Assembly: GCA_051362555.1 (NCBI GenBank)
Contig: CM120643.1
Coordinates: 29,826,848 to 29,890,847 of the forward strand
Length of the DNA: 64,000 nt
Reading direction: 5' to 3'
Source: Lingula anatina
Lineage: Eukaryota > Animalia > Brachiopoda
Below are positions 52,755 to 64,000 of this stretch, in pieces. Position 1 is the first letter of the stretch; each line of letters begins with the position of its first letter. The position numbers were made by a program, and so were the translations under genes. The notes under the pieces are model-generated. The model did not search any database, was not told the DNA's origin, and was given only the letters and a program-made list of their open reading frames with translations.

Positions 52755-53056
52755 ATAGGGTCCATTCAGAATAGAAGATGCGAGTATCAACTGAGCCAAG
52801 GATCAAATATGGCGGCCCTACTTCATGAAAGGAATACCGCTAAATCCTGTAATGGTCTGTCCGCCTCTCACACGCCTCCCCACGCGTCCGATCGAATGGA
52901 GCCGAGATTTAATAACTGTGCCCCTGCAGGGACGACGCGTAGGGAGGCGTTTAACAGACTGAGAGACCATTACAGGATTAAGCGGTCTTTCATTTAGAGC
53001 CCGCCATATTTTGGATCAGTTGAAAATCGGATCCTCTATTCTGAAGGGCTCCATAG
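52755..53056. mobile_element. Foldback/palindromic MITE-like element, about 300 bp, in the mucin intron
   Basis: Nested inverted pairs: TTCAGAATAG/CTATTCTGAA, AATATGGCGG/CCGCCATATT, ATCCTGTAATGGTCT/AGACCATTACAGGAT, ACGCCTCCCCACGCGTC/GACGCGTAGGGAGGCGT. Confidence 0.8.
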
Positions 53057-53684
53057 ACAATGTAACAGCATGCATACGTAGTTTACGGTGGTTTTGTTAT
53101 AATGTACTCCAATTTAACTGTTGACTTAAATAGCATGAAATAGATGAGAAATTAGCCATTCCTCAAATATATAGGTCTATGATTAATTGAGAGAGGTGTG
53201 GATTTTTTCAAAATAAAAACTATTATAAACAACAGCGTACAATGACCAGTTGGCATTAGACCAGAAACATAATACTATTGCAGTTCAGAGTAAATCTAGT
53301 AAATAGATTTCCTATGTATCCTGTCAGACTTAAAAGTTCGGTCTGTTCATCGTAAGATTCTTAGGTCGCATTCACAACAGATGATCAGCGGACTAACTGA
53401 TGTACAGACTGAATATGGCCGACATTACTAAAAAGCAAAACCCAGTAATCGCTTAGTGGTCTCCTTGACTCCCCACCCGCCTTCCCTGTAAGTGCATAGC
53501 AATTTAACCTCAATGCCAACATTTAATACGTGTGAAGGCGGAGAGACAGATGAGGGATTAGGCGGTCTTGCTTTCATGTACCGGTAGGATCCCCCATATT
53601 TGATTCACGGATCAGTACAACCGATGATCATCTGTTCTGAGTGTATCCTTAGAAAATAATAATTCCAACCAATTTTTATCATAG

Positions 53685-56600
53685 TTAGTGAAGGGACAAC
53701 AATAGAACCATCGACAACAACTACCACTGGTGAGGTAACAACTACTGAAGCAGCCACTACAACAGTAGAGAGTATTACTACAACTGAACAGCCAACTACC
53801 ACTGCTGAAGTTACAACTACTGAAGCAGCCACTACAACAGTAGAGAGTACTACTACAACTGAACAGCCAACTACCACTGCTGAGGTAACAACTACAGAAG
53901 CAGCCACTACAACAGTAGAGAGCACTACTACAACTAAACAGCCAACTACCACTGCTGAGGTAACAACTACTGAAGCAGCCACTACAACAGTAGAGAGTAC
54001 TACTACAACTGAACAGTCAACTACCACTGCTGAGGTTACAACTACCGAAGCAGCCACTACAACAGTGGAGAGTACTACTACAACTGAACAGCCAACTAGC
54101 ACTGCTGAGGTAACAACTACTGAAGCAGCCACTACAACAGTAGAGAGTACTACTACAACTGAACAGCCAACTACCACTGGTGAGGTAACAACTACTGAAG
54201 AAGCCACTACAACAGTAGAGAGTACTACTACAACTGAACAGCCAACTACCACTGCTGAAGTTACAACTACTGAAGCAGCCACTACAACAGTAGAGAGTAC
54301 TACTACAACTGAACAGCCAACTACCACTGCTGAGGTTACAACTACTGAAGCAGCCACTACAACAGTAGAGAGCACAACTACAACTGAACAGCCAACTACC
54401 ACTGCTGAGGTAACAACTACTGAAGCAGCCACTACAACACTAGAGAGTACTACTACAACTGAACAGTCAACTACCACTGCTGAGGTAACAACTACCGAAG
54501 CAGCCACTACAACAGTGGAGAGTACTACTACAACTGAACAGCCAACTACCACTGCTGATGTAACAACTACTGAGGCAGCCACTACAACAGTGGAGAGTAC
54601 TACAACTGAACAGCCAACTACCACTGCTGAGGTAACAACTACTGAAGCAGCCACTACAACAGTAAAGAGTACTACTACAACTGAACAGCCAACTACCACT
54701 GCTGAGGTAACAACTACTGAGGCAGCCACTACAGCAGTGGAGAGTACTACTACAACTGAACAGCCAACTACCTCTGCTGATGTAACAACTACTGAAGCTG
54801 CCACTACAACAGTGGAGAGTACTACTACAACTAAACAGCCAACTACCACTGCTGAGGTAACAACTACTGAAGCAGCCACTACAACAGTAGAGAGTACTAC
54901 TACAACTGAACAGCCAACTACCACTGCTGAGGTTACAACTACTGAAGCAGCCACTACAACAGTGGAGAGTACTACTACAACTGAACAGCCAACTACCACT
55001 GCTGAGGTAACAACTACTGAAGCAGCCACTACAACAGTAGAGAGTACTACTACAACTGAACAGCCAACTACCACTGCTGAGGTTACAACTACTGAAGCAG
55101 CCACTACAACAGTAGAGAGTACTACTACAACTGAACAGCCAACTACCACTGCTGAGGTAACAACTACTGAAGCAGCCACTACAACAGTAGAGAGTACTAC
55201 TACAAATGAACAGCCAACTACCATTGCTGAGGTTACAACTACTGAAGCAGCCACTACAACAGTGGAAAGTACTACTACAACTGAACAGCCAACTACCACT
55301 GCTGAGGTAACAACTACTGAGGCAGCCACTACAACATTAGAGAGTACTACTACAACTGAACAGCCAACTACCACTGCTGAGGTTACAACTACTGAAGCAG
55401 CCTCTACAACATTAGAGAGTACTACTACAACTGAACAACCAACTACCACTGCTGAGGTAACAACTACTGAAGCAGGAACCACAAGAGTAGAGAGTACTAC
55501 TACAACTGAACAGCCAACTACCACTGCTGAGGTAACAACTACTGAGGCAGCCACTACAACAGTGGAGAGTACTACTACAACTGAACAGCCAACTATCACT
55601 GCTGATGTAACAACTACTGAAGCTGCCACTACAACAGTGGAGAGTACTACTACAACTGAACAGCCAACTACCACTGCTGAGGTAACAACTACTGAGGCAG
55701 CCACTACAACAGTGGAGAGTACTACTACAACTGAACAGCCAACTACCACTGCTGAGGTTACAACTACTGAAGCTGCCACTACAACATTAGAGAGTACTAC
55801 TACAACTGAACAACCAACTACCACTGCTGAGGTAACAACTACTGAAGCAGCCACTACAACAGTGGAGAGTACTACTACAACTGAACAGCCAACTATCACT
55901 GCTGATGTAACAACTACTGAAGCAGCCACTACAACAGTAGAGAGTACTACTACAACTGAACAGCCAACTACCACTGCTGAGGTTACAACGACTGAAGCTG
56001 CCACTACAACAGTGGAGAGTACTACTACAACTGAACAGCCAACTACCACTGCTGATGTAACAACTACTGAAGCTGCCACTACAACAGTGGAGAGTACTAC
56101 TACAACTGAACAGCCAACTACCACTGCTAAGGTAACAACTACTGAAGCAGCCACTACAACAGTGGAGAGTACTACTACAACTGAACAGCCAACTACCACT
56201 GCTGAGGTTACAACTACTGAAGCAGCCACTTCAACAGTAGAGAGAACTACTACAACTGAACAGCCAACTACCACTGCTGAGGTAACAACTACTGAAGCAG
56301 CCACTACAACAGTAGAGAGTACTACTACAACTAAACAGCCAACTACCACTGCTGAGGTTACAACTACTGAAGCAGCCACTACAACAGTAGAGAGTACTAC
56401 TACAACTGAACAGCCAACTACCACTGCTGAGGTAACAACTACTGAAGCAGCCACTACAACAGTAGAGAGTACTACTACAACTGAACAGCCAACTACCACT
56501 GCTGAGGTTACAACTACTGAAGCAGCCACTACAACAGTAGAGAGTACTACTACAACAGAACAGCCAACTACCACTGCTGAGGTTACAACTACTGAAGCAG

Positions 56601-59600
56601 CCACTACAACAGTAGAGAGCACTACTACAACAGAACAGCCAACTACCACTGCTGAGGTAACAACTACTGAAGCAGCCACTTCAACAGTAGAGAGAACTAC
56701 TACAACTGAACAGCCAACTACCACTGCTGAGGTAACAACTACTGAAGCAGCCACTACAACAGTAGAGAGTACTACTACAACTGAACAGCCAACTACCACT
56801 GCTGAGGTTACAACTACTGAAGCAGCCACTACAACAGTAGAGAGTACTACTACAACTGAACAGCCAACTACCACTGCTGATGTAACAACTACTGAAGCTG
56901 CCACTACAACAGTGGAGAGTACCACTACAACTGAACAGCCAACTACCACTGCTGAGGTATCAACTACTGAGGCAGCCACTACAACAGTGGAGAGTACTAC
57001 TACAACTGAACAGCCAACTACCACTGCTGATGTAACAACTACTGAAGCAGCCACTACAACAGTAGAGAGTACTACTACAACTGAACAGCCAACTACCACT
57101 GCTGAGGTTACAACTACTGAAGCAGCTACTACAACAGTAGAGAGTACTACTACAACTGAACAGCCAACTACCACTGCTGAGGTAACAACTACTGAAGCAG
57201 CCACTACAACAGTAGAGAGTACTACTACAAATGAACAGCCAACTACCATTGCTGAGGTTACAACTACTGAAGCAGCCACTACAACAGTGGAAAGTACTAC
57301 TACAACTGAACAGCCAACTACCACTGCTGAGGTAACAACTACTGAGGCAGCCACTACAACATTAGAGAGTACTACTACAACTGAACAGCCAACTACCACT
57401 GCTGAGGTTACAACTACTGAAGCAGCCTCTACAACATTAGAGAGTACTACTACAACTGAACAACCAACTACCACTGCTGAGGTAACAACTACTGAAGCAG
57501 GAACCACAAGAGTAGAGAGTACTACTACAACTGAACAGCCAACTACCACTGCTGAGGTAACAACTACTGAAGCAGCCACTACAACAGTAGAGAGTACTAC
57601 TACAACTGAACAGCCAACTACCACTGCTGAGGTTACAACTACTGAAGCTGCCACTACAACAGTGGAGAGTACTACTACAACTGAACAGCCAACTACCACT
57701 GCTGATGTAACAACTACTGAAGCTGCCACTACAACAGTGGAGAGTACTACTACAACTGAACAGCCAACTACCACTGCTAAGGTAACAACTACTGAAGCAG
57801 CCACTACAACAGTAGAGAGTACTACTACAACTGAACAGCCAACTACCACTGCTGAGGTTACAACTACTGAAGCAGCCACTTCAACAGTAGAGAGAACTAC
57901 TACAACTGAACAGCCAACTACCACTGCTGAGGTAACAACTACTGAAGCAGCCACTACAACACTAGAGAGTACTACTACAACTGAACAGCCAACTACCACT
58001 GCTGAGGTTACAACTACTGAAGCAGCCACTACAACAGTAGAGAGTACTACTACAACTGAACAGCCAACTACCACTGCTGAGGTAACAACTACTGAAGCAG
58101 CCACTACAACAGTAGAGAGTACTACTACAACTGAACAGCCAACTACCACTGCTGAGGTAACAACTACTGAATCAGCCACTACAACAGTAGAGAGTACTAC
58201 TACAACTGATCAGCCAACTACCACTGCTGAGGTTACAACTACTGAAGCAGCCACTACAACAGTAGAGAGTACTACTACAACAGAACAGCTAACTACCACT
58301 GCTGAGGTTACAACTACTGAAGCAGCCACTACAACAGTAGAGAGCACTACTACAACAGAACAGCCAACTACCACTGCTGAGGTAACAACTACTGAAGCAG
58401 CCACTTCAACAGTAGAGAGAACTACTACAACTGAACAGCCAACTACCACTGCTGAGGTAACAACTACTGAAGCAGCCACTACAACAGTAGAGAGTACTAC
58501 TACAACTGAACAGCCAACTACCACTGCTGAGGTTACAACTACTGAAGCAGCCACTACAACAGTAGAGAGTACTACTACAACTGAACAGCCAACTACCACT
58601 GCTGAGGTAACAACTACTGAAGCAGCCACTACAACAGTAGAGAGTACTACTACAACTGAACAGCCAACTACCACTGCTGAGGTAACAACTACTGAAGCAG
58701 CCACTTCAACAGTAGAGAGAACTACTACAACTGAACAGCCAACTACCACTGCTGAGGTTACAACTACTGAAGCAGCCACTACAACAGTAGAGAGCACTAC
58801 TACAACTGAACAGCCAACTACCACTGCTGAGGTTACAACTACTGAAGCAGCCACTACAACAGTAGAGAGCACTACTACAACTGAACAGCCAACTACCACT
58901 GCTGAGGTTACAACTACTGAAGCAGCCACTACAACAGTAGAGAGCACTACTACAACTGAACAGCCAACTTCCACTGCTGAGGTTACAACTACTGAAGCAG
59001 GAACCACAACAGTAGAGAGTACTACTACAACTGAACAGCCAACTACTACTGCTGAGGTTACAACTACTGAAGCAGGAACCACAACAGTAGAGAGTACTTC
59101 TACAACTGAACAGCCAACTACCACTGCTGAGGTTACAACTACTGAAGCAGCCACTACAACAGTAGAGAGTACTACTACAACTGAACAGCCAACTACCACT
59201 GCTGAGGTTACAAATACTGAAGCAGCCACTACAACAGTAGAGAGTACTACTACAACTGAACAGCCATCTACCACTGCTGAGGTAACAACTACTGAAGCAG
59301 CCACTACAACAGTGGAGAGTACTACTACAACTGAACAGCCATCTACCACTGCTGAGGTAACAACTACTAAAGCAGCCACTACAACAGTAGAGACTACTAC
59401 TACAACTGAACAGCCAACTACCCCTGCTGAGGTTACAACTACTGAAGCAGCCACTACAACAGTAGAGGGTACTACTACAACTGAACAGCCAACTACCACT
59501 GCTGAGGTTACAACTACTGAAGCAGCCACTACAACATTAGAGAGTACTACTACAACTGAACAACCAACTACCACTGCTGAGGTAACAACTACTGAAGCAG

Positions 59601-62600
59601 GAACCACAACAGTAGAGAGTACTACTACAACTGAACAGCCTACTACCACTGCTGAGGTAACAACTACTGAGGCAGCCACTACAACAGTGGAGAGTACTAC
59701 TACAACTGAACAGCCAACTACCACTGCTGAGGTAACAACTACTGAAGCAGCCACTACAACAGTAGAGAGTACTACTACAACTGAACAGCCAACTACCACT
59801 GCTGAGGTAACAACTACTGAAGCAGCCACTACAACAGTAGAGAGTACTTCTACAACTGAACAGCCAACTATCAATGCTGAGCTAACAACTACTGAAGCAG
59901 CCACTACAACAGTAGAGAGTACTACTACAAATGAACAGCCAACTACCATTGCTGAGGTAACAACTACTGAAGCAGCCACTACAACAGTGGAAAGTACTAC
60001 TACAACTGAACAGCCAACTACCACTGCGGAGGTTACAACTACTGAAGCTGCCACTACAACAGTGGAGAGTACTACTACAACTGAACAGTCAACTACCACT
60101 GCTGAGGTAACAACTACTGAAGCAGCCACTACAACAGTAGAGAGTACTACTACAACTGAACAGCCAACTACCACTGCTGAGGTTACAACTACTGAAGCAG
60201 CCACTATAACAGCAGAGAGTACTACTACAACTGAACAGCCAACTACCACTGCTGAGGTAACAACTACTGAAGCAACCACTACAACAGTAGAGAGTACTAC
60301 TACAAATGAACAGCCAACTACCACTGCTGAGGTAACAACTACTGAAGCAGCCACTACAACAATTGAGAGAAGTACTACAACTGAACAGCCAACTACCACT
60401 GCTGAGTTAACAACTACTGAAGCAGCCACTACAACAGTAGAGAGTACTACTACAACTGAACAGCTAACTACCACTGCTGAGGTAACAACTACTGAAGCAG
60501 CCACTACAACAGTAGAGAGTACTAGTACAACTGAACAGCCAACTACCACTGCTGAGGTTACAACTACTGAAGCAGCCACTACAACAGTAGAGAGTACTAC
60601 TACAACTGAACAGCTAACTACCACTGCTGAGGTAACAACTACTGAAGCAGTCACTACAACAGTAGAGAGTACTACTACAACTGAACAGCCAACTACCACT
60701 GCTGAGGTAACAACTACTGAAGCAGCCACTACAACAGTAGAGAGTACTACTACAACTGAACAGCCAACTACCACTGGTGAGGTAACAACTACTGAAGCAG
60801 CCCCTACAACAGTAGAGAGTACTACTACAACTGAACAGCCAACTACCACTGCTGAGGTAACAACTACTGAAGCAGCCACTACAACAGTAGAGAGAACTAC
60901 TACAACTGAACAGCCAACTACCACTGCTGAGGTAACAACTACTGAAGCAGCCACTACAACAGTAGAGAGTACTACTACAACTGAACAACCAACTACCACT
61001 GCTGAGGTAACAACTACTGAAGCAGCCACTACAACAGTAGAGAGTACTACTACAACTGAACAACCAACTACCACTGCTGAGGTAACAACTACTGAAGCAG
61101 CCACTACAACAGTAGAGAGTACTACTACAACTGAACAGCCAACTACCACTGCTGAGGTTACAACTACTGAAGCAGCCACTACAACAGTAGAGAGAACTAC
61201 TACAACTGAACAGCCAACTACCACTCCTGAGGTTACAACTACTGAAGCAGGAACCACAACAGTAGAGAGTACTACTACAACTGAACAGCCAACTACTACT
61301 GCTGAGGTTACAACTACTGAAGCAGGAACCACAACAGTAGAGAGTACTACTACAACTGAACAGCCAACTACCACTGCTGAGGTTACAACTAGTGAAGCAG
61401 GAACCACAACAGTAGAGAGTACTACTACAACTGAACAGCCAACTACCACTGCTGAGGTTACAACTACTGAAGCAGCCACTACAACAGTGGAGAGTACTAC
61501 TACAACTGAACAGCCAACTACCACTGCTGAGGTAACAACTACTGAGGCAGCCACTACAACAGTGGAGAGTACTACTACAACTGAACAGCCATCTACCACT
61601 GCTGAGGTAACAACTACTGAGGTAGCCACTACAACAGTGGAGAGTACTACTACAACTGAACAGCCAACTACCACTGCTGAGGTAACAACTACTGAGGTAG
61701 CCACTACAACAATGGAGAGCACTACTACAACTGAACAGCCAACTACCACTGCTGAGGTAACAACTACTGAGGTAGCCACTACAACAGTGAAGAGCACTAC
61801 TACAACTGAACAGCCAACTACCACTGCTGAGGTAACAACTACTGAGGCAGCCACTACAACAGTGGAGAGCACTACTACAACTGAACAGCCAACTACCATT
61901 GCTGAGGTAACAACTACTGAGGCAGCCACTACAACAGTGGAGAGTACTACTACAACTGAACAGCCAACTACCACTGCTGAGGTAACAACTACTGAGGCAG
62001 CCACTACAACAGTGGAGAGTACTACTACAACTGAACAGCCAACTACCACTGCTGAGGTAACAACTACTGAGGTAGCCACTACAACAGTGGAGAGCACTAC
62101 TACAACTGAACAGCCAACTACCACTGCTGATGTAACAACTACTGAAGCTGCCACTACAACAGTGGAGAGTACCACTACAACTGAACAGCCAACTACCACT
62201 GCTGAGGTAACAACTACTGAGGCAGCCACTACAACAGTGGAGAGTACTACTACAACTGAACAGCCAACTACCACTGCTGATGTAACAACTACTGAAGCTG
62301 CCACTACAACAGTGGAAAGTACTACTACAACTGAACAGCCAACTACCACTGCTGAGGTTACAACTACTGAAGCAGCCACTACAACAGTGGAGAGTACTAC
62401 TACAACTGAACAGCCAACTACCACTGCTGAGGTTACAACTACTGAAGCAGCCACTACAACATTAGAGAGTACTACTACAACTGAACAGCCAACTACCACT
62501 GCTGAGGTAACAACTACTGAAGCAGGAACCACAACAGTAGAGAGTACTACTACAACTGAACAGCCTACTACCACTGCTGAGGTAACAACTACTGAGGCAG

Positions 62601-64000
62601 CCACTACAACAGTGGAGAGTACTACTACAACTGAACAGCCAACTACCACTGCTGAGGTAACAACAACTGAAGCAGCCACTACAACAGTAGAGAGTACTAC
62701 TACAACTGAACAGCCTACTACCACTGCTGAGGTAACAACTACTGAGGCAGCCACTACAACAGTGGAGAGTACTACTACAACTGAACAGCCAACTACCACT
62801 GCTGAGGTAACAACAACTGAAGCAGCCACTACAACAGTAGAGAGTACTACTACAACTGAACAGCCAACTACCACTGTTGATGTAACAACTACTGAAGCTG
62901 CCACTACAACAGTGGAGAGTACTACTACAACTGAACAGCCAACTACCACTGCTGAGGTAACAACTACTGAGGCAGCCACTACAACAGTGGAGAGTACTAC
63001 TACAACTGAACAGCCAACTACCACTGCTGATGTAACAACTACTGAAGCTGCCACTACAACAGTGGAGAGTACTATTACAACTGAACAGCCAACTACCACT
63101 GCTGAGGTAACAACTACTGAAGCAGCCACTACAACAATTGAGAGAAGTACTACAACTGAACAGCCAACTACCACTGCTGAGGTAACAACTACTGAAGCAG
63201 CCACTACAACAGTAGAGAGTACTACTACAACTGAACAGCCAACTACCACTGCTGAGGTAACAACTACTGGAGCAGCCACTACAACAGTAGAGAGTACTAG
63301 TACAACTGAACAGCCAACTACCACTGCTGAGGTTACAACTACTGAAGCAGCCACCACAACAGTAGAGAGTACTACTACAACTGAACAGCCAACTACCACT
63401 GCTGAGGTTACAACTACTGAAGCAGCCACTACAACAGTAGAGAGTACTACTACAACTGAACAGCGAACTACCACTACTGATGTAACAACTACTGAAGCAG
63501 ACACTACAACAGTAGAGAGCACTACTACAACTGAAGAGCCAAGTACCACTGCTGAGGTTACAACTACTGAAGCAGCCACTACAAAAGTAGAGAGCACTAC
63601 TACAACTGAACAGCCAACTACCACTGCTGAGGTTACAACTACTGAAGCAGCCACTACAACAGTAGAGAGCACTACTACAACTGAACAGCCAACTACCACT
63701 GCTGATGTTACAACTACTGAAGCAGGAACCACAACAGTAGAGAGCACTACGACAACTGAACAGCCAACTACCACTGCTGAGGTTACAACTACTGAAGCAG
63801 GAACCACAACAGTAGAGAGTACTACTACAACTGAACAGCCAACTACCACTGCTGAGGTTACAACTACTGAAGCAGCCACTACAACAGTAGAGAATACTAC
63901 TACAATTGAACAACCAACTACCACTGCTGAGGTTACAACTACTGAAGCAGCCACTACAACAGTAGAGAGTACTACTACAACTGAACAGCCATCTACCACT
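53685..64000 (+). CDS. Giant Thr/Glu-rich mucin-like exon (more than 3,430 codons, runs off the window end)
   Basis: Acceptor AATTTTTATCATAG, with an in-frame TAA upstream at 53660-53662. The frame reads (V)SEGTTIEPSTTTTTG then repeated EVTTTEAATTTVESTTTTEQPTTTA. I saw no stop codon to 64000. The one indel I saw (near 54600) is 3 bp and keeps frame. Common variants are synonymous (GTA/GTT, GTA/GTG, GAA/GAG, GCA/GCT, AGT/AGC). Confidence 0.9.
53732..64000 (+). repeat. 75-bp coding tandem repeat, about 137 copies
   Basis: Consensus GAGGTAACAACTACTGAAGCAGCCACTACAACAGTAGAGAGTACTACTACAACTGAACAGCCAACTACCACTGCT; 10,269 bp divided by 75 gives about 137. Confidence 0.98.

Noticed and set aside
53605-63999. 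1524-aa and 1929-aa Val-rich minus-strand ORFs, plus Cys/Ser-rich ORFs at 60614-61063 and 62462-63913
   Set aside because: Antisense shadows of the Thr-rich repeat. The minus frame is broken by a stop at 58210 while the + frame stays open and has an acceptor and a signal-peptide exon.
53732-64000. Antifreeze glycoprotein (Ala-Ala-Thr) similarity
   Set aside because: Only one AAT per 25 residues; antifreeze glycoproteins are continuous (AAT)n.

Overview
AT-rich eukaryotic genomic DNA from an invertebrate, probably a mollusc or other lophotrochozoan (inferred from repeat style only). I can support three + strand genes. (1) A class A neuropeptide-receptor-like GPCR (12017-13093) with an intron-free CDS and four substituted activation microswitches. 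(2) A two-coding-exon gene (28318-28378 + 30142-30626) for a 181-aa secreted protein whose mature part is Cys-free and rich in Pro, Ser, Tyr and Arg, with no recognisable domain. (3) A giant mucin-like gene missed by the ORF track: a signal-peptide exon (51416-51482) splices onto an exon of more than 10.3 kb (53685 to beyond 64000) made of about 137 copies of a 75-bp/25-aa Thr/Glu repeat, EVTTTEAATTTVESTTTTEQPTTTA. A second phase-compatible exon (52317-52485) could give that gene a membrane-anchored form. The long Val-rich minus-strand ORFs are its antisense shadow. The rest of the window holds a decayed hAT transposon with a 6-bp TSD, several MITEs and foldback elements, minisatellites of 34, 67, 84 and 87 bp, and microsatellites. 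There is no CRISPR array, and I recognised no RNA gene. All gene models are read by eye and lack transcript support.
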